A DNA stretch of 64,000 nucleotides from Lama guanicoe. Its lineage: Eukaryota. Every line of letters starts with the position of its first letter. Positions within the stretch are counted from its first letter, which is position 1. Below the pieces are notes generated by a model. It searched no databases and was not told where the DNA came from. It worked only from the letters and a program-made list of their open reading frames with translations. The DNA lies in NCBI GenBank assembly GCA_013239625.1, contig MU054026.1:124001-188000 (forward strand). Reading direction: 5' to 3'. Below are positions 12,881-25,180 of the stretch, in pieces. The position numbers and the translations under genes are program-made.

Positions 12881-15252
12881 CCCTCCATGTTGTGGGGACA
12901 GAAGGAAGGAGGCCGAAAAGTAGCTTCGCCACAAGAGCAGACCTAAAAGGTCTGACCTAAAAGGCAGGCCCGAGCTTCGCCTTTCAGAGGCAGCAAGTTC
13001 TCACCTCCCGGAGCCCCGCCCAGCACAATTCTCACAACAGCCAAGCTGAAAGAGGAGGGCGTGGTGGATGGACTTTGGGGGGGTCCCTGGGGAAAGAGTC
13101 TGGGGGACACCATCATCAGAAGGCAGTGTTGCAAACAGATCTGGTTCAGCTTTCTATGAAGCACAGCATCCTTCACAAGCGAACAAGGTCTCCTCTTTCT
13201 GAGCCGGAAGTGGCATGTCGGTTTCCGGTAGACCAGCCAGGCCACTGGTCAGGCTCCGTGGTCACCTGCCCTTACCCTGGAAGTGGCTGCATCTTTATCA
13301 CCACTCCTCATACCAGTGAGTTAACAGATCGTATACAGAGGTGCTGTGCTTTCCCACTGTGGGAAAAACAAAAACAAAAGCAACAGCAATAGAAAAGGTG
13401 GCAGACAAAGGAGGGGTAGGTTACGAGGGTTTCCCTAACCTGCTTTTAATTCTTTTTCAGGGTACCCGGGGGCACAGGCACTTTATGAATGGGCTACACT
13501 AACTTCTTTTTGCTTCATTTTGTCTGTTTTAAAGATTCTGATGAGATTTTTGGAGCTTCACACTTTTCTGAGTGCATTTCCTAACGGCCAGGGTTAGATG
13601 TAGATTAAAACATCAGCTCATCCCCAGTTTTTATATTCATCAGGAGTTATTGTTTTTCATATAAATTCTAGACTCTAAAACAAGAGTATCTAAAAATGCC
13701 TTCAGGCTTCTGCTCCTGGCAAAATAAACTGTGTACTCTTAAAGCTGTGTGTCCTGTGAGGGCTCCTTGAGGCAGAGGATCTTTGCATCTTCCTCAGAAT
13801 TGTTTAATAACAGCCCTGGAGAAGCATATCTGAGGTCAGAACCATGTCTTCTCCCAACATCTCTGCAAAGTGAAATAACCAAAGCAATGTACTATACTAT
13901 TGACAATGCAAATGCTGGAAGATAAAACACTCCAATGAAACTGCAGTGCCTTATAATTTAGTTGCAAAGGAAAGATTTACTCATATGAAATAAAAATAGG
14001 CAACGCAAAGCATTAAATCAAAATTCCTGAACCATAATTATGCCTCTAAATCACCCACAGGACTTTACACAAATGCAGAGGACCAGACCACCCAGAATCA
14101 CATTCTCTGGGTATAGTCTCGTGGTTTTTGCAAAGTGCCATAACTAATTCTGATACAGGGGCCAAGGTGAAAGAAATGATTCAATATTTGAAAGAAATAA
14201 AAAGAAAAGAAACTCTTACATGGATAACGCTGTTACACAACCAGAAATGAGAAGACACGTATGAAATTCAGTTCCAGCGATGTGGACCTGAGCCATTGTG
14301 GATGGTTAGCAGAGACACAGAAAGTGTCCTGGATGGGGCAGACCTTCAAGAATGGGTGAAAGACAAATAGAGCAAGAACAGAGGGGCAGGTGTTCCTGAT
14401 GACACCGGCGCTCCTGCAGGAAAACAGACTGCAAGTTCTAGGGATCGAAGAGTGCTGCCTGGGGCAACTGAGTAAGTCCATTTGAGAGGAGTGAGTCCAG
14501 CCCACTTCTAGGGCAGAAAATGGCCAGAGTACAACCATCAGAGTGAAAAGAAGAAAGTAGTAAACTGTCCAAAATACAGTTTATGTCCTATCTCAATAAG
14601 TGTATACACTTCACTTTTGTTTGGGGTCTCCCTGACTGCCCACTTCAGGGTTTTTTGAGTCCCTGAGAAGTATTCAGTTGGTTTATCCTATTGTGCTGCT
14701 ACCTGGGAGCTAAAGATTTTCACTTCTGGGTAAGATAATGCTCTCAGCTGCATTAAGCAGACAATTAATTTATCCTCTTGGCTGCCCACTACCTATCCTT
14801 AATGTACTTATAAAAAAAAAGGAAATAATGCTTACTTAGCTTTAACTTGCACAGTGTCTGGAAGTAAAAAGGAAAGCAAGAGATGGGACTAAAATCACTG
14901 CACTGAGAATCGCCCTGATTGTCACCAGATCATCATGTCAAATATCCACTCGTAATATTGCTACAGAGACATCAGAGCAGATGGGTAACAAGGATCTTCA
15001 TGTGAGAGAGCGGAGTGTGATTACTTCATTTCATCTTTATATATCACAATTATAAAATGTGCTGAAATTCAAGAGTGACCAGTATACTGACTTCTGACAA
15101 ATGTCAGGCTTTTGAGTGTCTGAGATCATCAAAGTTATCTAATAAATGTGTCTGAGATGGACAAGGCAAGGCCCTGATCTGTGAAAATCTGCTTTGTCCA
15201 AGTTGGATTGCAAAAAGGGTCAAAGTGATCTACTTGACTAGGGAGTTAGAAG

Positions 15253-15261
15253 TTCCCGGAA
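15253..15261. promoter_or_regulatory. STAT GAS consensus TTCCCGGAA
   Basis: Exact match with an intact CpG; a single motif, function unproven. Confidence 0.25.
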
Positions 15262-17813
15262 GAAATACTAAACCTGTCCAGCCTTTGTTATATAAGAATA
15301 CTTTGTTATATAAGAACATGGACTAGAAGCTGACAGACTCACAAAGTCCCTGCCAACTCTTATCTACATAATCCTGACTCATTTAATTTTATTTTACTCT
15401 AGGAAATCTTTAGTGGACTTCTATGGTCTATCTGGTTAAACTCCTTAACAGACTATTCAAAGTCCTCGGTGATCTAGTGCAAACCTGGTCAGACAAACTT
15501 CTCTCATCCCATATAAATTCTGCTCTACTCATGTTGACCCAAGTAATGCCCTCTGGATGTGCATTACACAAACTTGCCCCCCTTCCACACTGCACCCTAT
15601 TCCTGCCATTCACTGCAAAGACTTCGCTCCACCAGTCAAAATCTCCCCCAAATTCCAAGTCAGTCCCTTCCACGCCCAAGGTGTTTTCCTTGAAAGCTCC
15701 ATCATGAGATACCTTCATAGTGAATATTGATAGAGCTGGATATTTCCACCACCATGTCACATGCTATGTTATATGGGTAATTATCTACAGTATTTTCTTC
15801 CTTTCTGAACACTAATTCCTTAAGATCAAGACCTATATTTCAAATATTTTATCCTCTTTATAGCCCCTCCCCTGGATGTTCTGCATAATGAGGCCCAGAA
15901 CCAGCCATTTGCTCACCACTCTAGTCCTAGAATTTAACGTAGCATCTGGGGAGCTACATGAAGGAAAATGACACTTTTCCTTTTGGATTTCTCAAATACA
16001 AAGGACTCTTGCTCCTGTCTACCCAGTGGAAGTACAGTTCAACTTATAGGATTCACTCAGTAATTGTTTTTGATCTTTGATTATTTTAAGACAAGAAACA
16101 GTAGTTCATACCCATTCAAAATCACTCCATCAACAAATATTTATTTGTGGGACCAACTCTATACTGGGGGCTGATTAGAAAGTCCTTATTCTGTGTAGGG
16201 TTCACTGAGAACTACCTTAGCAGAAAAAGAAAAAGCAGGAGACAAAGGTTTTCTATGAGAAAGATGAAGGAAATACAATGAAATTGGACTCCATCTTGGC
16301 CCAGTCACCGGTCACAATAGATTTCTATGTGTTACAAAGCACATCAGCATGGAGTTAGCTGCATCACTGGTAGCCATGCAAATGGGAAATTTTATGTAAC
16401 CCACAATAAAATCAAAGCCATGGTACAGTCACGTGTGTTTTATTAAATCCATCCAGACCTCTTTCATTCCTAGAAATGAATTTCACAAAGGTCTGTGAAC
16501 CAAGACCTTGGTCATGAATAGAAGCAATGCATTACAGGTGTGAATGCTGCTAAAATCCGGAATTGCGAGGTTCCCCTCACATTTTGGATCTCCAAGACCA
16601 ACAAACAAAAAAGACCTGCCTCTCATCCCATCTCCCCTTCTCCCAGTTTGTCCTGGTCTCTGCACATGGGCAAAGAGTCTGCACTGTTGCCAACCTTTCC
16701 ACTTAACCATTGGAATGTATCCATGGCACCCACAGAATGGCCTCCCAATACTGGCCATTATGGATAGGATTCACGTTATTTGTACATTAGCTCTCTTGTT
16801 CCTGCGTATTCCCGAGTACATCGTCATTACAAAGGAGAAATGTTTCTCAGCCCAAGGCCCAGGCACTATGGTGATGGACACAATAGTAATGCTTAGATAC
16901 ACAGATAGGCATGTTTCCATCTTGGTCTCTTGCATCCATCTTCGCTTGTCCCAGATATGCCATTTTCTGATTCTCAGGGTGAAGAATGTTTTGAAATCCA
17001 TTTGCGTATTCATGGATGGTCGGCTGTATTCACATTTTTATATTCAGCTAATATTTAAATGTATTTAGGAAACAAGCCTCAATTTAGATTTGCAATGTGC
17101 TATGAAATATCATGAAGGGAAACACTTTCAGGCTGTTACATGTGATGCAGCTGGGGAGATAGAGGAGTTCAAAACATCTGGCGGCCCCACAACGTGTTCA
17201 CAGCCCTTTCCACCCTCAACAATACTGAGCGATGTGGCTGCTCACCTGCAGAAACACTAGAGCAAGGGAATGAACTTGACTGTCAAATATTTCAGTTAAA
17301 GTCTTACCAGCTCACCATTCGAAATTTTGGGGGGAAGACTAACACCTTCCACATGCTGGCCTGTGTCTGCGCCAAGGTGGAAAAGATGGGTTTAAAGTAT
17401 GACTGAAAAAGACAAGGAAGGGCTTCCCATAATAAGGAAAAATATGAAGTGGCTATTTTGAGAAGATATCCAGTGTCTTCATCAGCATCCAGTATTAACT
17501 GTCAGTTCCTTATTTGCCTGTAGGCAATTAACCCGGTGAATTCTGTACAGAGCAAACGAGATCTAACCCACATAAAAGTAAAAGTCCTAACTTTACACAT
17601 GTTCCAGTCTGTGGCCTCAGGCTAAGCTCCGTATCCCGGCTGGTCATCTTGCCAAGTTACCTGAGCAAGTGCACAGTCTGACTCTGCTACCTGGCCGAAT
17701 AGTCTAATTAACATGAAGTCAATGGTGGCCCCCCGGACTATAAAAAAGTCTAAAAACGTCTTTCTTATGGCGAATAAAATCGTCATACACGGAGCCCAAC
17801 TCAAGGGCAGTAC

Positions 17814-17939
17814 CTAGTAAAGTCTTGATGACGAAGTTGGCGATGCTGTCATGATGGAGATGATGGTGGTGGTGTTCACAAGAGGGGGAGCCCCCCCAGG
17901 ACTTCCACCAGCCAAGTGCAAGCGATTCCCTTGTGACTC
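17814..17939 (-). other. Candidate 126-nt internal exon (host gene unknown)
   Basis: Long U-rich tract ending ...tttactttttggagacag|GAGTCA and donor CTAG|gtactg. Length is divisible by 3. One frame is open (VTRESLALGWWKSWGGSPSCEHHHHHLHHDSIANFVIKTLL). No recognised protein. Confidence 0.35.
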
Positions 17940-18026
17940 CTGTCTCCAAAAAGTAAACAAATAAAACAAAACAAGCCAAACACAAATCAAAAACAAACCT
18001 CACTGTGTGCTATCTCGTCAGTGATC

Positions 18027-18072
18027 TGCACACACGCGCTCACACACACACGCACACACACACACGTGTGCA
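18027..18072. repeat. Imperfect (CA)n/(TG)n microsatellite
   Basis: Seen directly. Confidence 0.85.
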
Positions 18073-21000
18073 CCTGACAAGGACCCAAGTCAGAATTAAT
18101 AGCTGAGGCTGGTGGCATAAGCATCCGAATTCCAGCTGTGACCTGAGAGAAAAGGTGCCCTAAGATGGTGTGTCCTTCCCTCCGGATGGAGCTATAGTTC
18201 AAAGTCAGACAACGAAGAAGTCTCTGCGGCTGCCTGTCTCTGGCAAAATTTACGTTGATGAAAGAAAAGATCACTCAGACATCCCTGGCCTGCTCGCATG
18301 ATCCTGGAGACATATAATCTATATTCATAAAGCACTTCAGGGTAATTAAATATCAGGTTCTAAGACAGTGCAAGATGTAATTAATCATGGAGGCAAACAA
18401 AGGATCTCCATTCAGCTAAATGCACTCACAGCTGAGGGGAGAGGGGGGTGCTTAGGAAGATATTCCTTGTAAATCTGCTCAGGGTAGTGGGTTTGCAGTG
18501 CTCACATTTGCTGTGTAATTTCCCTTCTACAAGCAGCAATTTAGAACCAACTAACAGATTACAAACTGAGAACAAAGAGACAACCTTGTAATAAACAATT
18601 TCGACATGGAAGATTCCAGATTACACTCAATGGAAACCGAAAGAGTGTTGGAAGTGTCACTATTTATCCAGTAGTGAGTGTAAAACAACTCAATAATTAG
18701 TTAGCCTTCTCTCTCACCCAGAACGCAAAACCTTTAGATCAGGGATTACATGGTACATTCCATGTGTATTCCATCAGTATTAGCATAGCACATTGCAGTG
18801 AGTAGACACCCAATGAAAATTTGTTGATTGATAGCCGGATTAATATTGACATGCCGTTCTGATTATAACATTTCCATACACACACGAAAATTGTCACCAG
18901 CTCCCTGTTGGCTACAGAATAAAGTATGAGCCTTTTCAGCTTTTCAGTCATTCTGTACCTTATGACTGAGCCCAAACTGACCTTGCCAACTTTAATTTTC
19001 CACTCTTGCCCTCACAGAGCTCATGCTTTCCTATTTATGTGCCACACTTCCTTCAATTTCTTGGTTCAGTTTGTTTCTTTCCTATGAAACTCTCATTTTC
19101 TCATCATCTCATACCTTCCCGGGTCGAGTGTTACTTCCTTCTCATGCACTGCCCTCATTCTCCCAGAGACTCTCAGCTTGAAGCAATCTTGCCTTCTTTC
19201 AACCCCATGAAACGCTAGACCTATCCCTCTCAGGCTTTCTTACATTCTACAGAGTCATTTTTGCTCTGCCATTCTGAAAATTCTCTGAAGGCAGAACCTG
19301 CCCCCAAACTTTGATTCAGTTTGAAAACTCCAAGGTTCTCAGTATCTTTGAACCCCCAAGGCTCTCGCACAGAGAGATTCCCAGTAAATATGTGTTGATT
19401 TAATTTGGTTTTCGTGACTATTTATTGAAGAGGTAAAAACTGGGGTAGAAAATCTGTTGAGGGAAATCAAAAGGATCTCTTTGATACGGAATATTAGAAT
19501 CTCATTCTGAGTTCTTCTGAGCGGTATGGTGTAGCTCAGGGAGCGTCTGTTCAATGCCACACTGAGAACCTGTGAAGAGTCACCTTGGCCACGGCAGATC
19601 CAGCCGTGTCCTAACACACATGCCTCTCCTTCCTTTCCTAAGCTCACTCCCTCACCTGCTACTCTACGATGTTTCCTTCTTCCCTCCATACGCCTAGATC
19701 CCTTCCTGGCCAACTTTACACACATTCCAGCCCTGTGTTCTTGCCCTGCCTCCATATTAAGCCTGGTTGGCTTTCTGGTAACGGTTTTCTTTCTCCAGTT
19801 TGGCCCAACACAGTGGCTGTTTGACTTCCAAAGAATTCACTCCCTAGATGCACGAGTCATGAGTCTTCTGCTTCCTGGGAGAGGAAGGAAAAGGCAGTCA
19901 ACCCAAAAGGCTGTCCCAACACGCGTAGCCACTTTTACGTGTGTTGAGGGAAAGTCCGTCCTTCCAAAACAACGCATATGCTCTGCTTAAAAGGTTCCTA
20001 CATGGTCCAACAAGTTTCTGGGCTTCTCTGAGAGGACATATGACTACATTTTTCCAGGAAGACCTCCAAGAAAGTACAAGACTCTGACATCCTCAAGAGA
20101 ATGACTATATATTATTCATTGCCGCATCCTCAGTGTCCAGGGCAGTGCCTGTGATACAGCAAACCCTCCGTAAATGTTTGATGAATGCATAAGCTTATAT
20201 ACTAATGGATGATTGGATCTCCTCTATGGTCCCTCACTTGAAAGACGCTGGTCCAAGTGGTCCCACCCTGACGAGCATGCCTTGTATGAGAACTCTGTGA
20301 TCTACCTGTCAGACATCCATGCCTCATATCTGTCAGCTGCAGCCCTTAGGTAAAGGGGTTAAACACTGAAAGGAAATAGGAGGAAAGGGCTTGCAAAAGG
20401 GACCAGGAACAAAAAAGGAATTTATAAACATATAAAAACGCCTTTATTTGCACAAGAGTTTGCTATAATCTCCGATGTGCTTCGAATGCATTTTGTCTAC
20501 TGCATCTCATGGTGATAGGTGAGGCACCCAGAGCAGGCAGTCTGTGCTCCATACACAGCACACGTTATATTGCAGGTGAGAAACCTGACATGTATGAGGC
20601 AGATCCAGCTAGTGAGTTTCCGATCTCCTAATTCCAGAATCCAACCCAGTGTGTGTAATGACTTTATTTTCAGCTGCTAATCTGACCTCAGTTCATCGTG
20701 CTAAACACGCATGTGGGCTGCGTTCAGTCCACCTCTTGCCTGCTCCCCTCCTTCCAGCTCCATAATCCCCGGTCTCCTCTTTGTTTTCCATTTTAGATGG
20801 AATGAGGGATACAAAACAAGGACCACACATCCTTCCCTGAAATCTGTTATTTTCCCTTATATTCAAGAAGTCTTTTATGTTATTTTCTCGCCTGTCAGTT
20901 CCGAGGCGATGACCCCCCTCACCCCGTCTACCCCATGTGCTCCAAGTTACTTGGCTCATTTATTGGGAATGAATAATTGAGTCCAATCACTGCACCCACG

Positions 21001-22389
21001 GCTAAGCAAGCTCTGAGGAGTCCCAGCGAAACGGAGGCGGCGGCACCACTAAGACTAAAAGCTGCAGCATAGCAGTCAAGTGTTGTCTTTAGCCTAGTGT
21101 GGCTGAAGGGTGTTTGGTTAAATCAGGCACAGAAAATGCCTGCTCTCCATGAGATCGTTACACTCCAAGAGGAATTTCTGAGCTTGTCTCTTCAAACCAT
21201 TTTGAAAAGAAGAGCTTACCCCTGGCTTTGTCTGCATGCCATCCTTTTCGGTAGTTACAAAAGAAAAATGGTACCTAGTGAACAGTAGCAGGTAGAGGGA
21301 ACACGTGAAGTCATCAAAGAATCAAGGGTCATGGTTCACAGTCTTGGGCCAGGCTCTTATTCACTGGGAGACCCTGATAACTCAAGCAAGTTACCTGAGT
21401 TCAAGGTGCAGTGTCCAGTTAGGTAAGCCTGTGGGACCTTTCTGCCAGGACGAGCCCCTCACCCTCCGGGGCTGTAGCCCACCTTGGAGAGCTGAAAGTG
21501 GCTGGAGTTCAATGTCACCTAGTCCCTTGCCACGCACCGTCATTCAGGCACTCTGGATCTCGCCATAGGAGGTGGCCTTCCCTGGTTGTCTTTCTTCCAA
21601 CCCCTTCAGGCACACCCAGGAGGCTCGAGGAGCCTCCAGCACTGTGATGTTAATTTAAGAAAATTCCTCCTGACCTCTCCTCCCTACTCCTGCCCCCACC
21701 CCATTCCCTGGGCAGCTTTGCTCTTCCTCGACTCACCTGGCCCCATTTGAACTTGGCATCGGGACAGATGCTATTCGTGACTGCTAACTTTCACCCCACT
21801 TTTCGGGCTCTGCTCTCCTCTCAAGTCAGCTGAGGATTCTTTCTACCAGTGCTTAAGCCACTGACCTCATGTGGAAAATGGGCATTTGCTGCCTAGAGGA
21901 GTTATTGTGATGGTAAGTGGCGGAGTGTGGCTATGGAGTTACTTCGTCAAATACATGAAGGTTGCTATGCCAGTGCAGCGCCTGGAATCCCAGACAGATA
22001 GATCGGGTAGAGTGAGGGGGGGTCCAGAAAGGACAGGAAAGCAGGTGCCCAACTGCAGTTACATGCTTCTGTGCTGCAGAGGCAGGAGCACCCACAAAAC
22101 TGCCAATCTCCTCCCCCTTGTTTCCCCACCTGGATAGTAAAACAGGCAAAGTTTACGTCCTTTCCATGTACTTTTGTAGAATTCCCAAGAAAAATGCTTG
22201 GCAGTTAAAAAAAAGAGAGAGGGAGAGACAGATACATGAAATCAACCTCCCCCTTTTTTCCCGTCTTTCCTTTCTGCTCCCTGATTTATTCACTTCATGA
22301 GATGAGTGGCATCTGGAATTAAAACCTCCAAACCCAGAGGAATAAAGACTAGGAAGATGAGACGATAGGCCAACCCCAGTGGAGCAAGT

Positions 22390-22620
22390 TAGAAAAGGCA
22401 GCGGAGGGGAGGCAAGGGCAGAGAGAGAGGAGAGAGCGAAGGTGATTTGGGGAGGGGGCCATGGTGAAGAAGAGGGAGCCAGCTGGGAGGAGGGGGGTGA
22501 GGGGCTAAGGGCAAGGACAGAGGAAGGGGAAGGGGAATGAAGGAAAGAGGAGAGGAGAGAAGCAGAAGAGAAGAAAACAACAGAAGGGGAGAAGCAGGGA
22601 GAGAGACGGAAGGGAGAGGT
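22390..22620. repeat. GA-rich low-complexity tract
   Basis: Seen directly. Confidence 0.8.
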
Positions 22621-23621
22621 TGGGTGACTGATGCCTCATGTTGATACGAAGGTAAATTGTCACTTAAAGCCCCAGATGTCTTCATTTGCCACCACTAGGA
22701 TTTAAAAGACAGAAACTCAATTTAGTTGCTCTTTTCTCTAATAAAAAATATGTTTTATCCCAATGGAAAAACGTGTTTCTTTCTGCCAATAAGTGTCAAC
22801 GGCTAAGCTGAAACCGTCAATGAAACAACACCATTAAATAATTTAACCTGGAAAAAAAGCTACTGATGTCTGTGAAATAATGTATAGATTTCAGATGGAT
22901 CAAACTTTAGAACAGAAAAAAAAAGTGTAAGAAATGGGCTTTGGGAAACAAAGCCACCAGACAGAAAGGAAATACATTAAGTCCAGGGAATTGGAAACAA
23001 CCATGGTATACTGTGTTGTGTAAGAACACACAACAGGCTCCTCCCACTGTGAGAACATTGTTCAGAACAGAGCATCTTCGAAATGAAATCTGAGGACCAA
23101 TCTGATCACTTAAGTCTTCCATCCAGGATACAAACCTCTGCATTCAGTGAGAGCTCCCAGAAATGTTCATAAAAGGAGATCTCCCCATCGGGGTGTCCTC
23201 CGGAATAAGTGAGGATCTGGTCTTAGCAGATCAAAGTTCTCACTCAGGTTTTGCCACTAGCTAAAATGACAGTCTCTTTAATGTATTTATTCCCAAAGGA
23301 TCTTAGTTTTTATTTGTTTGTTTGTTCATTTTGTCAATTGGTAAATTTGGACGATGGTACTTAAAAAACTATAAAAGCAGCATGGGGACGCACAATGAAG
23401 TTACTCTCTACACATAACTTCTCTCTCGTTAGTAATTCACTTATCCTTTCGCTCATTGGTGTCTCATTAAAGATGAGCCAGTTATCTCTACTAATTCTGA
23501 AGAGAGCCATTTCTTTCAACACCCCCATAAAATGGTCCATAGACCGAAAAGTTTGAAGACCTCGCATTCTGGGGCTCTCTCTTCCCTCCCCTCCATTAGT
23601 ACCTCCATTAATCATTTAGGC

Positions 23622-23818
23622 CAGTGGTTTTCTACTCAAGCTGAGCTATTAGAATCACCTGGGGAGCTAAAAAACCAAAATAAAACATGGGGAAAAAAAA
23701 TTCTGCTGCCTGGGCTCCACTCCATGCCAATTAAATCAGCATCTCTGGTGGGTGATGCAGGTTGTCATATTTTTTCAGGCTTCCGAGGCGGTTCTAATGT
23801 GTGTGCTGAGAACCACTG
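23622..23818 (+). mobile_element. MER5A-like hAT-Charlie MITE
   Basis: Termini cagtggtttt...gagaaccactg; internal ttagaatcacctggggagct and aattaaatcagcatctctg. Confidence 0.85.
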
Positions 23819-24299
23819 TTCAGACATGTCAGGGAAGTTCACTGATGGAAATACATTCAACCAGGCCCTTTCAAGCAAGACCCAAATCAAAAGCTGACAT
23901 GGAGACTTCCATTAAGAACAAAAACTCTGCAGTCCAAATGAAGCCGCTACGGACAGAGGGACAGGGAGCGATTAAAGTTATTAAAGACCTAATCACTATC
24001 TTCCTCCTCATGACTGAAGCAAGACACCTTTGACTGCTCTGATTTGCACAATCCTTGGCGGTGGACCTTTATACTCTGACTCCAGGTGATCGTTTCTTAA
24101 GGCCAAGTTAGAGTAAGAAGAATTATACCTGAATCCATCATCATCGTTTTTAACCCAGATGAGATCTGGGGAAGTAGGTAAGTACATTCTCCCTCAAATG
24201 GCACATCCAAATCAGTACAGCCTTCTGAAAACAAACAAACCAAAAACAAAACACACACACACACAAAAAAAAAAAAAAACAGATTTTGGGATGGACAGA

Positions 24300-24420
24300 A
24301 TTAACTTTGAATTCACTCTGCCACCTTCCAGCCATACGTCCTTGAGCAAGTAAGTCACTTTACTTTTATCCGAGACTCGGTTTCCTTATTTGCAACACAA
24401 GAATAACAGTAACTATTTTG
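24300..24420 (+). mobile_element. MIR SINE fragment
   Basis: ccttgagcaagtaagtcactt...ctcggtttccttatttgcaa is the MIR core. Confidence 0.65.
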
Positions 24421-24859
24421 AAGTGTCATGAAAACAAGAATAACAAATATAAAGACCTCGTATATCCAGGGCACAATAATTGTTGACAGCTAGGATCACG
24501 ATTGTGATCCTAATCGTGACATAAAGCAGAAAATTGCTGGAAACACTGGTTAGTGTTTTGCAAGAAATCTTGTATTTGGCATTGCAAACATTCACCAGTA
24601 CACAGATACACGGGAAGAAATGTGAATATGTATAAAGCTATTAAAAATGATAAAACTGGGATGAAAGTTGAAAAATACAGTTGGTTGCTCCCTAATATTA
24701 ACATCTGGACGCTTCAGAGTCACCATAGGCTTTGTACAAGTATTTCCATATTTAATAGATACAATAAGGCTTTTAATTGCCAGAAAAATACCCAGATGAT
24801 CATGGTAGGTATTCATGGCAATGAAAAAATATCGGCACCCCTCTTCTCCACTTCTGCAC

Positions 24860-25180
24860 CTCACTGGATTGTCTGCAAAGCCAAGAAAGCTTCCTTTTTG
24901 ACGAAGAGAGGTGGTGTGACCCAATTCTGGCCTTCTGTTTCTCTTTCCTTCCCATCTTGATTGTAGATATAATAGCTGGAGCCATCATGAGACAAAAAGG
25001 GAAAAGCTAAGGGAATCACAGGGAATTCAGCCCTGGCATCGCTATACCACTGACCCCACGCCTGTCATCGCTGACCTCTGGATATTTTGTTCCGTAAGAA
25101 AAGCGCAACCCTGTTTGCATAGTAAGCACCCATAATCAAGTCTGTGTTACTTGCAGCTGAGCTCAGTCCTCACTGATACA
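24860..25180 (+). mobile_element. Old MaLR LTR (MLT1J/K-like) 3' part
   Basis: gctggagccatcatgagaca...ctgtgttacttgcagctgagctcagtcctcactgataca terminus. Confidence 0.65.

Noticed and set aside
16544..17068. Longest ORF (174 aa)
   Set aside because: Non-ATG start, no recognisable domain and no coherent splice structure; expected by chance in six frames of 64 kb.
19917..19946. Small hairpin caacacgcgta...tacgtgtgttg (also aagttcc/ggaactt near 26166)
   Set aside because: Short, partly low-complexity stems that are compatible with chance.
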